Assembly: GCA_945865565.1 (NCBI GenBank)
Contig: CAMBEK010000001.1
Coordinates: 163,795 to 227,794 of the forward strand
Direction: 5' to 3'
Length of the DNA: 64,000 bases
From: Pseudobacteriovorax antillogorgiicola
GTDB taxonomy: Bacteria > Bdellovibrionota_B > Oligoflexia > Oligoflexales > RGVZ01
The notes below the pieces were generated by a model that had not been told where the DNA came from, searched no databases, and worked only from the letters and a program-made list of their open reading frames with translations. The position numbers and the translations under genes are program-made. Shown here in pieces: positions 36,510 to 45,005 of this stretch (position 1 is the first letter of the stretch; every line of letters begins with the position of its first letter).

Positions 36510-37631
36510 TTACTTGGTTTTGGCAGAATATAGAGGCCTTTTCACAACCGTGGCAAGTTTTCTCTTGCCACGAATATCGACTTCAAGCTCGTCGTTTTCA
36601 ACCACGCCCGCAGCAACCATGGCCATTCCACCGGCTCCCCCAACAGTCGGCAAAACCGAACCACTGGTCACAAATCCTGCGGGTTCTCCGCGCCAATAAA
36701 CGGTCATTCCATGGCGCGGAATCCCGTCTTCTTTCATTTTTATGGCAACAATCTTTTGTTTGATCCCGTCAGCTTTTTGCCGAACCAAAGCATCTTTGCC
36801 AATGAAGGCGGGCTTAGTCAGTTTCACGGCCCAGGCCACGCCGGCCTCGAGCGGTGTAGTCTGGTCGTTCATATCGTTGCCGTAGAGCAGGTAACAGGCT
36901 TCGAGGCGCAACGTATCCCGGGCGCCCAAACCTACCGGCATCAATCCCGTCTTGGGAGCAGTTGCGAGCAGGGCAAGCCAAAGTTTTTCCGCGTGATCCA
37001 CGGGCAGGTAAATTTCATAGCCATGCTCGCCCGTATAACCGGTGCGGGCCACAAGGCATGGGCGACCCGCGACATTCGCCTTGGTTATGTTGGTGTAAGG
37101 CAGGGTTTCAAGGGCGCTGCGGTCTGACGGGTCGACGACGGCGAGCATGGCGTCCAGACTCGTGGGGCCCTGAACTGCAAGCTGCGCCCACTGGTCGGAC
37201 TCGTTTGTTGCCTGCACATCAAAGCCATTTGCGTGGGACGAAATCCATTCAAAATCTTTCGCCCGGTTTGCGGCATTCATGCAAATAAAAAATTCATCGA
37301 TACCAATCCGGTAGACGATCAAGTCGTCAATCATTCCACCAGATTCGTTGAGAAGGCCGCTATACTGACCCTGGCCAGGCTTCAATTTTACCGCATCGTT
37401 CATGGTGATGTGCTGGACGAAGGCTTCCGCCTGTGGTCCCTTGATTGAGACTTCTCCCATGTGACTGACGTCAAAGATCCCGCATTTTTCACGTACAGCT
37501 TTGTGCTCGGTGAGAACGCTCGTGTAGCTGACAGGCATCAGCCAGCCACCGAATTCGATCACCTTGGCCCCGCAAGCCTTGTGCTGGCTGTAAAGGGGCG
37601 TCTTCATGGATGGGGTGTTGGTGTCGGTCAT
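36510..37631 (-). CDS. gcvT: Glycine cleavage system T protein (aminomethyltransferase)
   Basis: 373 aa. It has TPLYSQHKACGAKVIEFGGWLMPVSY, GIFDVSHMGE, and ARTGYTGEHGYEI. Confidence 0.95.
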   Translation of the reverse strand: MTDTNTPSMKTPLYSQHKACGAKVIEFGGWLMPVSYTSVLTEHKAVREKCGIFDVSHMGEVSIKGPQAEAFVQHITMNDAVKLKPGQGQYSGLLNESGGMIDDLIVYRIGIDEFFICMNAANRAKDFEWISSHANGFDVQATNESDQWAQLAVQGPTSLDAMLAVVDPSDRSALETLPYTNITKANVAGRPCLVARTGYTGEHGYEIYLPVDHAEKLWLALLATAPKTGLMPVGLGARDTLRLEACYLLYGNDMNDQTTPLEAGVAWAVKLTKPAFIGKDALVRQKADGIKQKIVAIKMKEDGIPRHGMTVYWRGEPAGFVTSGSVLPTVGGAGGMAMVAAGVVENDELEVDIRGKRKLATVVKRPLYSAKTK

Positions 37632-37840
37632 AATATTTCCATAGTCCTATTTTTTGGGTTCGCACCCGTCTGTTGTAAAAGATACGGCGAGGATTCCCGG
37701 TCCAGGTTGTTGCGGATGATGGCAGCCGTGGGGTTTCTTTCCGGGTGATTTTGTATCTTTTTTTCCATGGGGGCATTCTGCCATGGGTCTTTCCGTTTGT
37801 CCGTCCCGTTGTTAAGATGCAGCCATGTTAGGATATCGTC

Positions 37841-38617
37841 ATGATTGATCTATCGGTTGTCATCATCACCCTCAATGAAGAGGCCCGGCTGGGGCGTTGT
37901 CTGGCCAGCCTACCCGAAGGCGTTGAAGTGGTGGTGCTGGATTCAGGGTCCTTGGACCGTACGCTCGAGATCGCCGGGGGCTACAACGCCCGGACCGCGA
38001 CCCGCAGGTTTGATGACTACGCCAGCCAAAAAAATGCTGCCATCGCAATGGCTTCTCGCACGTGGATTTTGTCTATCGATGCCGATGAGGTTCTTTCAGA
38101 AACACTTTCTCGCGGAATTTCAAATTTTATCGGATCACCCGAAGCAAACGACTCCCGGGACTCGTACCGGCTGACGCGACGCCTTTTTTTTATGGGACGG
38201 GCGATGCGATTTGGAAAGACTTGTGATGCCCCGGTCAGGCTTTTTCGGCGTGGTACTGGAAAATTTCACTCGAAAATTCACGAACAATACCGATCAGAAC
38301 CCGGATCAACGGGTAAGATTCGCCGGCGAAATTTTGGGAGTGGCGCCTGGATCTTGCATTTCAGTTATGAGGACCTCACTGACTATTTCAAAAAATTCAA
38401 CAACTACACAAGTCGCATTGCGGAGCAGCGTTCCGAAAGTGAATTAAATCGGGTCGCATTTGCCGCGCATGTCACACGTCCCCTCTTTGAATTTGGTTCG
38501 CGTTATTTTATGAGGCTTGGTTTTTTGGATGGATACCCAGGCTATTGCTACGCCCTGCTTAGTTCCCTTTACGCCTTCGTCAAATATGCGAAGCGCATGG
38601 AACAAAACCTGAAATGA
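37841..38617 (+). CDS. Glycosyltransferase family 2 (LPS-core-type, WaaE/KdtX-like)
   Basis: 258 aa. It has LSVVIITLNEEARLGRCLASL and SIDADEVL (the DxD-type motif). Confidence 0.75.
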   Translation: MIDLSVVIITLNEEARLGRCLASLPEGVEVVVLDSGSLDRTLEIAGGYNARTATRRFDDYASQKNAAIAMASRTWILSIDADEVLSETLSRGISNFIGSPEANDSRDSYRLTRRLFFMGRAMRFGKTCDAPVRLFRRGTGKFHSKIHEQYRSEPGSTGKIRRRNFGSGAWILHFSYEDLTDYFKKFNNYTSRIAEQRSESELNRVAFAAHVTRPLFEFGSRYFMRLGFLDGYPGYCYALLSSLYAFVKYAKRMEQNLK

Positions 38618-39738
38618 AAAAAATTTCGCAGGCACAGGCTCCCGTGATCGCGCATCTTTTGTCGAACCGCTGGAATTCTGCCATCACTGAATATGCGGTG
38701 CATGCCGCCCGGGCACTGCAACTGGCAGGATTTCGGCAGGTTATGGTGGCACTCAGGGGCAGTGCTGGCGCGCGGAGGGCAGCTTCTGCCGGGATCAGGG
38801 TGGTTGAGGTTGATGGTTTTTCGATGATGCATCTGCCGGAGATCGCGCGTGTAATCAATAAAGAATTTCTTGGTGGAAAATCTCTCAAGGCGGTCTTGGT
38901 CTACGGTGGGCCAGAGACGTTTATCTCGAAGTGGATCAAAGCCAGGCACGCGGGCACTAAAGTCATCCGTTTTCGCGGTGATGATCGCGATGCCGCGGCA
39001 AAATCCGGCGGCATCATGCAGAAGCTTTCGCAGGGCCACGTCGATATTTTGCTAACGCCGTCTGATTTCATCGCGCGGCGTTTGGATTCCCGTGCAAGAA
39101 AGGTGGAACCAGCGATCGATTTGGACAGGATTCACCGGGAAAAATCGGCGGATCCAGGGCCCGCCGGGCGGTCGACGTGTGTGATCCTTGGTCGACTCGA
39201 CCCGGTGAAGGGTCACGGGCTTTTTTTTCGAGTGTTTGCCCAAATGCTAGCCCGAAAGGGCCAGGACCGTTACACCCTGGCCGTCGTTGGTGAACCACAA
39301 AATATTTCGCTGGAATCCCTCGAGCAGCAGGCGCGCGATGCTGGATTGACCGTGGGACGCGACGTGAATTTTACTGCCGCGCGCGTTGACAATATCAATT
39401 CCCTTTTATCGTCAGCCTGTGCTGGCGTTGTGTGCAGCACGGGTTCGGAAATTATTTGCCGCGTGGCGCAGGAGTTTCTGGTGTGTGGAACACCAATTGT
39501 GATTTCCGGGGTGGGATCTCTGCGAGAAATTCCGCTGCCTTGCGACGGGTTTGATTACGGTGGCCTCAGGTCCCCGGAAATTGAAGACGAGCTTTGGAAT
39601 TTTCTGGAAAAATCGCGGGCAGAAAGCAGAGAAGTCCGTGAAGCCAGGGCCGGGGCCTCTGCAAAAAGATTCGGCCTGGAGGCAATGGCCAACAGCCTGT
39701 CCAGCGTCATTGCGGAGCTTGGTATCTACCCGATATAA
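38614..39738 (+). CDS. Glycosyltransferase family 1/4 (GT-B)
   Basis: 374 aa. It has a C-terminal E-x7-E-like block, GSEIICRVAQEFLVCGTPIV, and overlaps the upstream GT2 by 4 nt. Confidence 0.65.
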   Translation: MKKISQAQAPVIAHLLSNRWNSAITEYAVHAARALQLAGFRQVMVALRGSAGARRAASAGIRVVEVDGFSMMHLPEIARVINKEFLGGKSLKAVLVYGGPETFISKWIKARHAGTKVIRFRGDDRDAAAKSGGIMQKLSQGHVDILLTPSDFIARRLDSRARKVEPAIDLDRIHREKSADPGPAGRSTCVILGRLDPVKGHGLFFRVFAQMLARKGQDRYTLAVVGEPQNISLESLEQQARDAGLTVGRDVNFTAARVDNINSLLSSACAGVVCSTGSEIICRVAQEFLVCGTPIVISGVGSLREIPLPCDGFDYGGLRSPEIEDELWNFLEKSRAESREVREARAGASAKRFGLEAMANSLSSVIAELGIYPI

Positions 39739-39872
39739 TAAAAAAATTCATATTTTTTTGCCGGAATTTAAAATCCAACCCGCACCGGCAATGATTTTTT
39801 CAGTCAATCTGTCGCTAACATTCTCTGATCTCGTGACGAATGATTCAGCAAGGATCTGAGGAGGTCCAGCTC

Positions 39873-40586
39873 ATGAATAGATTTTCTTCAGCGTTGCTTG
39901 GACAGATCTTCTTTTTGTTGGCGATGATTTTAGTCCCGACTCTTCCGGCATCGGCACAAGATGTGGCGGCTGGTCTGAAGACCATTTACCTCAATGCGGA
40001 CTATGCGCTGACAACCCACAAGAGCAAACTTGTTGAGTCAAACGACACAGGTACATCGCTTCGCTACAGCCTTGGATTCAATGTGGGCGATCAGAAGGAA
40101 TTGGGTGTTGTCCTTCAAACGGAATCTTCTGCGATCAAGTTTTTGCTAAACGACACGTCGACGTCGCTTCTCTTCAGGGACACGCGGATCACTTACCGGC
40201 TCGGCTATTTTTACTTTGGGGCAATTTCGGGATACGCCGAGGCTGGAGCTGTCGCTGCCGATGGAACGGATATGTTCTCAGGGCGCGGCACGGGTTACGG
40301 CTATATCGCCGGCGCTTACCTTCCGATTGGCGGACGTTCCCTGCTGCAGATCGATGTCGCTTCGGTCAGCATCTCCAGCTTTCTTAACAAGGATGAGGCG
40401 GTCACAGTGGCCCTTGGATCGCGACTGGACATCGACATTTCTGGCCACATTCCGATTTCAAAGAAAATCATGACTCTGGATATTGGTTACAGGCAACGAA
40501 CCCTGCCAATCGTGTACAACAGCGTTTCCTACGCCGAGACCATGCAGAAGACTTACATTGGATTCACGGTAGGCAACGAAATTTAA
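39873..40586 (+). CDS. Secreted beta-barrel-like outer-membrane protein, family unknown
   Basis: The track ORF starts at 39840. ATG 39873 is preceded by AGGAGG. The signal peptide is MNRFSSALLGQIFFLLAMILVPTLPASAQD, followed by alternating beta-strand patterns. Confidence 0.55.
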   Translation: MNRFSSALLGQIFFLLAMILVPTLPASAQDVAAGLKTIYLNADYALTTHKSKLVESNDTGTSLRYSLGFNVGDQKELGVVLQTESSAIKFLLNDTSTSLLFRDTRITYRLGYFYFGAISGYAEAGAVAADGTDMFSGRGTGYGYIAGAYLPIGGRSLLQIDVASVSISSFLNKDEAVTVALGSRLDIDISGHIPISKKIMTLDIGYRQRTLPIVYNSVSYAETMQKTYIGFTVGNEI

Positions 40587-40608
40587 TGATGACTCGATTG
40601 GTCCTGGA

Positions 40609-42930
40609 TCACGCGGCTGGCCCGAGCCACCGGCGTGGTTTTGCTCCGTCGGCCTTTGCCACGAGTCCGCAGCGCTCCATGTGTTCTACGATTCGCGCCG
40701 CCCTGTTGTATCCGATTTTCAAGTGGCGCTGTAAAAACGATGCGCTGACCACGCCGTGGCTCTGTGCAATCTGCATTGCTTCGCTGTATTTGGGATCATC
40801 CTCAGTATCGCTTCCGGGCTGGCCTTCATGGTCTCCCGCTCGGTCCCTTTGAACCTCTTCGTCGATCCACGTCATGATTGAATCATCATAGGCAACGGCA
40901 CCAGAGGCCTTGAGGCTGGCAACAAGTCCCAGAACCTCTTCGTCACCAACCAGGGCGCCTTGAATTCGTTCCAGGCGACCGGAACCTGGTCTTTGAAAAA
41001 GCATGTCGCCGCGTCCGAGCAGTTTTTCGGCGCCGACCTGGTCGAGAATCGTGCGGCTGTCATGTTTGGACACAACCTGAAAGGACAGTCGACACGGAAG
41101 GTTTGCCTTGATCACACCAGTGATGATGTCAACCGATGGACGCTGCGTCGCAAGGACCATGTGGATACCACTCGCACGGGCTTTTTGGGCGAGGCGTTGG
41201 ATCGAGGACTCGACGTCCTTTGGGGCAGTCATCATGAGATCTGCAAGTTCATCAATGACCAGGAGGATATAAGGCAGACGCTCGATTTGATCCGATCCTG
41301 ACACCAACCGGATCTCTTCGCGGCGCGAAGGACTGGCCTGGTCAAGAAACTGGTTGAAGCCCGCAATGTTTCGGACCGAAGCAAATTGCATGAGGCGGTA
41401 CCGGCGTTCCATTTCGGCGGCAGCCCATTTCAAGGCGTGCGAGGCCCGGTCAGGCTCCGTGATAACGGGCATTAGGAGATGCGGAATTCCTTCATAAACC
41501 GACAGCTCCAGCATCTTTGGATCTACCAAAATCATCCTCACCTCGGCCGGGGATGACTTCATGACCACACTACAAATCAGTGAATTTATCGCGACACTTT
41601 TTCCAGCCCCTGTGGCACCGGCCATCAGCAAGTGCGGCATAGAAGTCAGGTCGGCACTCACCGGTTGACCGCTGAGGGATTTTCCCATGGCAAAAACCAG
41701 TGGGCTTGGGTTGTTCTGAAAGGACTCAGAGCGGATGATGTCGCCAAGGTAAACCGTCTCGCGGCGCGTGTTGGGAACTTGAACTCCAAGCGCTCTTTTT
41801 CCTGGCACGGGATTAATAAAGATGGAGTCCACCTTGAGGGAGAGTGCCAAGTCGTCAATAAGCCCGAGCACGCGGGATTGCTTGACTCCTGCATCTGGTT
41901 GGAACTCGAACACCGTAACGACTGGGCCGGGTTGATAGCCGATGATTTTTCCCGCAACTCCAAAATCAGAAAACGTTTTGGTGAGCGAGGCAGCGGTTTG
42001 CTCGATATCTTTTTGCGAGGGTGCTGCGGCCGACGAATCCTTGGCTTTTGCAGCGGATTGGAAAATTTCAGAGGGTGGGATGTTGTATTTTAGGGGCTTA
42101 GCCGGCTGACGACGGGAGTCCGGCGAGTCCTTTGACTTGATGATTTCCTGGTTGAAATGGACCTCTTCGACAAAATGCTGGTCCTCATGGAATTCAAAGG
42201 GAGTCGATTCAATTTGAGTCTCTGGAATGGCTCGAATCGAGGGCAGGGTCGCGTCACCCTCACTGCGGGCTCCCCTTCGCCGCAACGTTGCCGAAACCAT
42301 GCGGACGATTGGACGGTTGGCGATCAAAATCAGAGACGTTAAGCCAAGCACCACAAAAGCAAGCATGCTGCCTGCATGCCCGAGCATGCTCGCAGCCTTA
42401 GCCGACAGAAGTTTTCCGATCAGTCCGCCGGCAGAAATGGGAATGCCGCGCCAGTCAATCTCACCGCGGACTGTGTCCAGCGCGGCGCTGACAACGACGA
42501 TCAGGCAGAGGATTCCGAGACCCTCGGCCCACGCGTTGGTGGTGGGGTTAAGGCGCTGTTCCAATTCCACGACAGGGAATTCGGTCTGGCGCCGTCGCCA
42601 TCCGCGGGTTGCCGTGAGTGCGATGGCGACCGGGGTCAGGAAAGATGCGCAGCCGAGGAAGAAAAAGCAAAATGACGCCAGCCCTGCACCAAGGCTTCCC
42701 GCCAGATTGGACACCCTCGTGGCCGGAGGCCAGGTGGCCGCAAAATAACTGCGATCGGCAGGATTGAAGCTGGCGAAGGCCAACCCAAGAAAGAGGGCAA
42801 AACCGAGCAATGCGAGGAACGACAGGTCTCCAAAAACAGAGCTGCGGCTGGCGTTTCTAAAATCGGCAACGAAGGCTCTCTTGATGCGCAAGAGAATAGA
42901 GGCCGGGGAAGTCTGCGAGGTGGATGACAT
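40609..42930 (-). CDS. ftsK: DNA translocase FtsK/SpoIIIE
   Basis: 773 aa. It has N-terminal TMs, HLLMAGATGAGKSVAINSLI (Walker A), LLVIDELADLMM, and a gamma winged helix, SASFLQRHLKIGYNRAARIVEHME. Confidence 0.96.
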   Translation of the reverse strand: MSSTSQTSPASILLRIKRAFVADFRNASRSSVFGDLSFLALLGFALFLGLAFASFNPADRSYFAATWPPATRVSNLAGSLGAGLASFCFFFLGCASFLTPVAIALTATRGWRRRQTEFPVVELEQRLNPTTNAWAEGLGILCLIVVVSAALDTVRGEIDWRGIPISAGGLIGKLLSAKAASMLGHAGSMLAFVVLGLTSLILIANRPIVRMVSATLRRRGARSEGDATLPSIRAIPETQIESTPFEFHEDQHFVEEVHFNQEIIKSKDSPDSRRQPAKPLKYNIPPSEIFQSAAKAKDSSAAAPSQKDIEQTAASLTKTFSDFGVAGKIIGYQPGPVVTVFEFQPDAGVKQSRVLGLIDDLALSLKVDSIFINPVPGKRALGVQVPNTRRETVYLGDIIRSESFQNNPSPLVFAMGKSLSGQPVSADLTSMPHLLMAGATGAGKSVAINSLICSVVMKSSPAEVRMILVDPKMLELSVYEGIPHLLMPVITEPDRASHALKWAAAEMERRYRLMQFASVRNIAGFNQFLDQASPSRREEIRLVSGSDQIERLPYILLVIDELADLMMTAPKDVESSIQRLAQKARASGIHMVLATQRPSVDIITGVIKANLPCRLSFQVVSKHDSRTILDQVGAEKLLGRGDMLFQRPGSGRLERIQGALVGDEEVLGLVASLKASGAVAYDDSIMTWIDEEVQRDRAGDHEGQPGSDTEDDPKYSEAMQIAQSHGVVSASFLQRHLKIGYNRAARIVEHMERCGLVAKADGAKPRRWLGPAA

Positions 42931-42970
42931 GGGCCACTCCTTTGGCCTTTAATTGTAACTTAATATGGCA

Positions 42971-43020
42971 AGAAAGGATCCTTCCCCTTTGCGACGCTCA
43001 GGGTCAGGATGACGGTGACC
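42971..43020. repeat. Second copy (half-element) of the GTCATCCTGA...GGATCC repeat family
   Basis: agaaaggatccttc...gcgacgctcagggtcaggatgacggtgac shares aaaggatccttc and acgctcagg..ggatgacgg with 22751-22783. Confidence 0.7.
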
Positions 43021-43030
43021 AGGAATGATT

Positions 43031-43381
43031 TCAGTTCAAATTGCGCTTGAGTGCGGAGCCCCAGAGTTCAAGGCCGCATTGGTAGATCATAAATAACGCG
43101 AGTTTTTCGTTCTGCGGCAGCGAATGAACGCGACTGCGGATGATGTCAATGTTGTTGAGGCGAAGAAGCCTGATCGCCCGGCCTTCAATTTCTCCGCCGA
43201 GTTCCGTGGCCCAGTTGCCTTGAGCCATGGTCTGGCGAAACGCAACGAGATCGGCATCCTGGAAAAGGATATGGTTGCCCCGGATGCCCTCTTCATAGAT
43301 GACGTGCCAGATTTGCGGCAGCCACTCGAAACCGTGTGGGGTCGCCATCATTCTTTCAATTGCCGCCCGGTAATCAGCCAT
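43031..43381 (-). CDS. Hypothetical protein (about 116 aa, probably all-helical), no recognisable family
   Basis: The track ORF 43031..43405 starts at TTG. ATG 43381 (MADYRAAIERMM...) is preceded by AGGGGG 9 nt upstream. Confidence 0.5.
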   Translation of the reverse strand: MADYRAAIERMMATPHGFEWLPQIWHVIYEEGIRGNHILFQDADLVAFRQTMAQGNWATELGGEIEGRAIRLLRLNNIDIIRSRVHSLPQNEKLALFMIYQCGLELWGSALKRNLN

Positions 43382-43569
43382 CTTGTTTAACCCCCTAAAG
43401 TTCAACCTGACGGCACATAATGCAAGTCGATCGCCAGCGGTGGGTTAGCGGATATTTTATGTAAATATCAATTAGTATTGACATATTTTTTGGTGGTGGT
43501 GCGGATTCCGGTAGGTCGGGCGGACGGGCTGCTGATTTTAGCGGGCTAGTGACTGCACATTAGACAGGC

Positions 43570-44778
43570 TCAGAACAGGGTCGGTTGATCGTTCTGGAAA
43601 AGGGGGCGGACCTTCGGGCAAAGGGTCTTCATTTCTTCGACGTAGCGCTTGGCATAAGGCCCCGTGAAGTAGAGTTCTTTTGGTCCGACTGCGGCAATGA
43701 CTTCCCGTAATTCCACGCCGTCGCAGGCGTTGCTGAAATAGAACCTCTCGACGTTGCGCTTCATCGAAGGCGAGAGTTGGGCTTCGCCGGAGGTTTGTTC
43801 AATCAGGAAAACGGGGCCTTCTGGCAACCGCGCCCGGAACTGGCCTGGTTTGGTCGGAGCCGGCCAAATGACGGGTTTGTTTCGGTGCGCACTTCGCGCC
43901 GAGTAGGGAGTGTATTTGCCGAGGGGAGAACCGCAGGCCTCGTAGACTTTGTTGATCCGGTAGATCTTTGGATGCACCGCAACCGGAATGCCCTCGTCAC
44001 TGAGGATTTTCGTTAACTCCTGGGCTATGGCGGCCGGCCTGCACAAAATCGTAGGGCATTGGCCATTTTTCAGCGTTGATTTAACGGCCTCGAGGAACCG
44101 TTCGCGCTCTTTTTTCCGGTTCGGCAGCGCCTGATTCGGATCAGGATGGTAGGCATTGAGAATCAAGGTATGCGCTTTTTTCAGCTGCATCTGGCGAACT
44201 GTGCCGCTTTTTTGAGTTTGCAGATAAGGCGCATATAGAAGGCGTCCCTGCTCGGTCTCAACGTAAAGAGAGGCACCACCAAGAATCCCACCCGAGGGCA
44301 ACAGCTCCATCCTCAATCTGCCGATGGAAAACGGACGGTTGTATTGGCAGACAAGGGCATTGTGGGTGTGCGGGGCGTTTTTCTGTGCCGCAAGGATTTT
44401 CAGCGTTTCTTCGGTGGTGATGATTTGTGGGACCTTCACCTTCATCTGGATTTCGGCAGAGGACACAAAAGATAGTTGTCCGTTCACCTTTGAATCAAAC
44501 CACAAGATTGAATTAGACAAATGAATCCCGTCATCCGTTGAACGGATGGGGATCGAGCCCGCCTTGGCAGGTGCGGATTGTCCTTTTGGTGCCACCATAG
44601 TTTTGTGACTATAGACACCGTGGGAAGCCTTGGTCAAGGCCACAGGATCGAAGGAAAATCCATTATTTCCTTCGGGTTGACGGAGCCAGGGGCCCGGTTG
44701 AGGCTTAGCGGCGGTTTTCGGCCGGGGTCCGGTTTGCGTACTTGGAATAATAGGTAAGGTGCCAATAAAACTCATCAA
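43570..44778 (-). CDS. Hypothetical protein; the C-terminal ~320 aa resemble a beta-CASP/metallo-beta-lactamase fold with the metal-ligand motifs replaced
   Basis: 402 aa. By eye, ELLPSGGILGGASLYVE compares with PAGHILGSA, FSNACDGVELREVI with SGHAD..eL, and KELYFTGPY with vHGe. No HxHxDH is present (LSFVSSAE sits at that position). The N-terminal ~85 aa are P/K/Q-rich, so the start is uncertain. Confidence 0.55.
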   Translation of the reverse strand: MMSFIGTLPIIPSTQTGPRPKTAAKPQPGPWLRQPEGNNGFSFDPVALTKASHGVYSHKTMVAPKGQSAPAKAGSIPIRSTDDGIHLSNSILWFDSKVNGQLSFVSSAEIQMKVKVPQIITTEETLKILAAQKNAPHTHNALVCQYNRPFSIGRLRMELLPSGGILGGASLYVETEQGRLLYAPYLQTQKSGTVRQMQLKKAHTLILNAYHPDPNQALPNRKKERERFLEAVKSTLKNGQCPTILCRPAAIAQELTKILSDEGIPVAVHPKIYRINKVYEACGSPLGKYTPYSARSAHRNKPVIWPAPTKPGQFRARLPEGPVFLIEQTSGEAQLSPSMKRNVERFYFSNACDGVELREVIAAVGPKELYFTGPYAKRYVEEMKTLCPKVRPLFQNDQPTLF

Positions 44779-44977
44779 AAGGGGCCAGCCCCTCGGTGGA
44801 TCCGCCGTTCAATTCGCGGTAGAGGGCAATGTAGTCTTGGTAACGTTTTGCGATAACGTCAAAAAGAACTCTGCGATTTTCGTATGTTATACCCAATTTT
44901 TCCCCCTGAGACTGGTATCGGCAGTTTCTGAAAAAAAATGAACGGCTTTCTTCTAAATAGCCTAAAAAGTTGAGCAA
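44705..44977 (-). CDS. Questionable small ORF (90 aa, no ATG) upstream of and overlapping the 402-aa gene
   Basis: It has a TTG start only. An internal TTG is preceded by AGGGGG. The residue composition looks protein-like (W/Y/F-rich). It overlaps the next ORF by 74 nt in another frame. Confidence 0.3.
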   Translation of the reverse strand: MLNFLGYLEESRSFFFRNCRYQSQGEKLGITYENRRVLFDVIAKRYQDYIALYRELNGGSTEGLAPFDEFYWHLTYYSKYANRTPAENRR

Positions 44978-45005
44978 ATCCCCAATGAGGGGTTAAATTG
45001 CCCAC

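Noticed and set aside
37632-37840. Glycine riboswitch upstream of gcvT
   Set aside because: I read the minus strand and could not find the GGAGAG, ACCGAAGGrGCAA or CUCAGGCAAAAGGAC cores. It is not called as a feature; a cmscan run would settle it.
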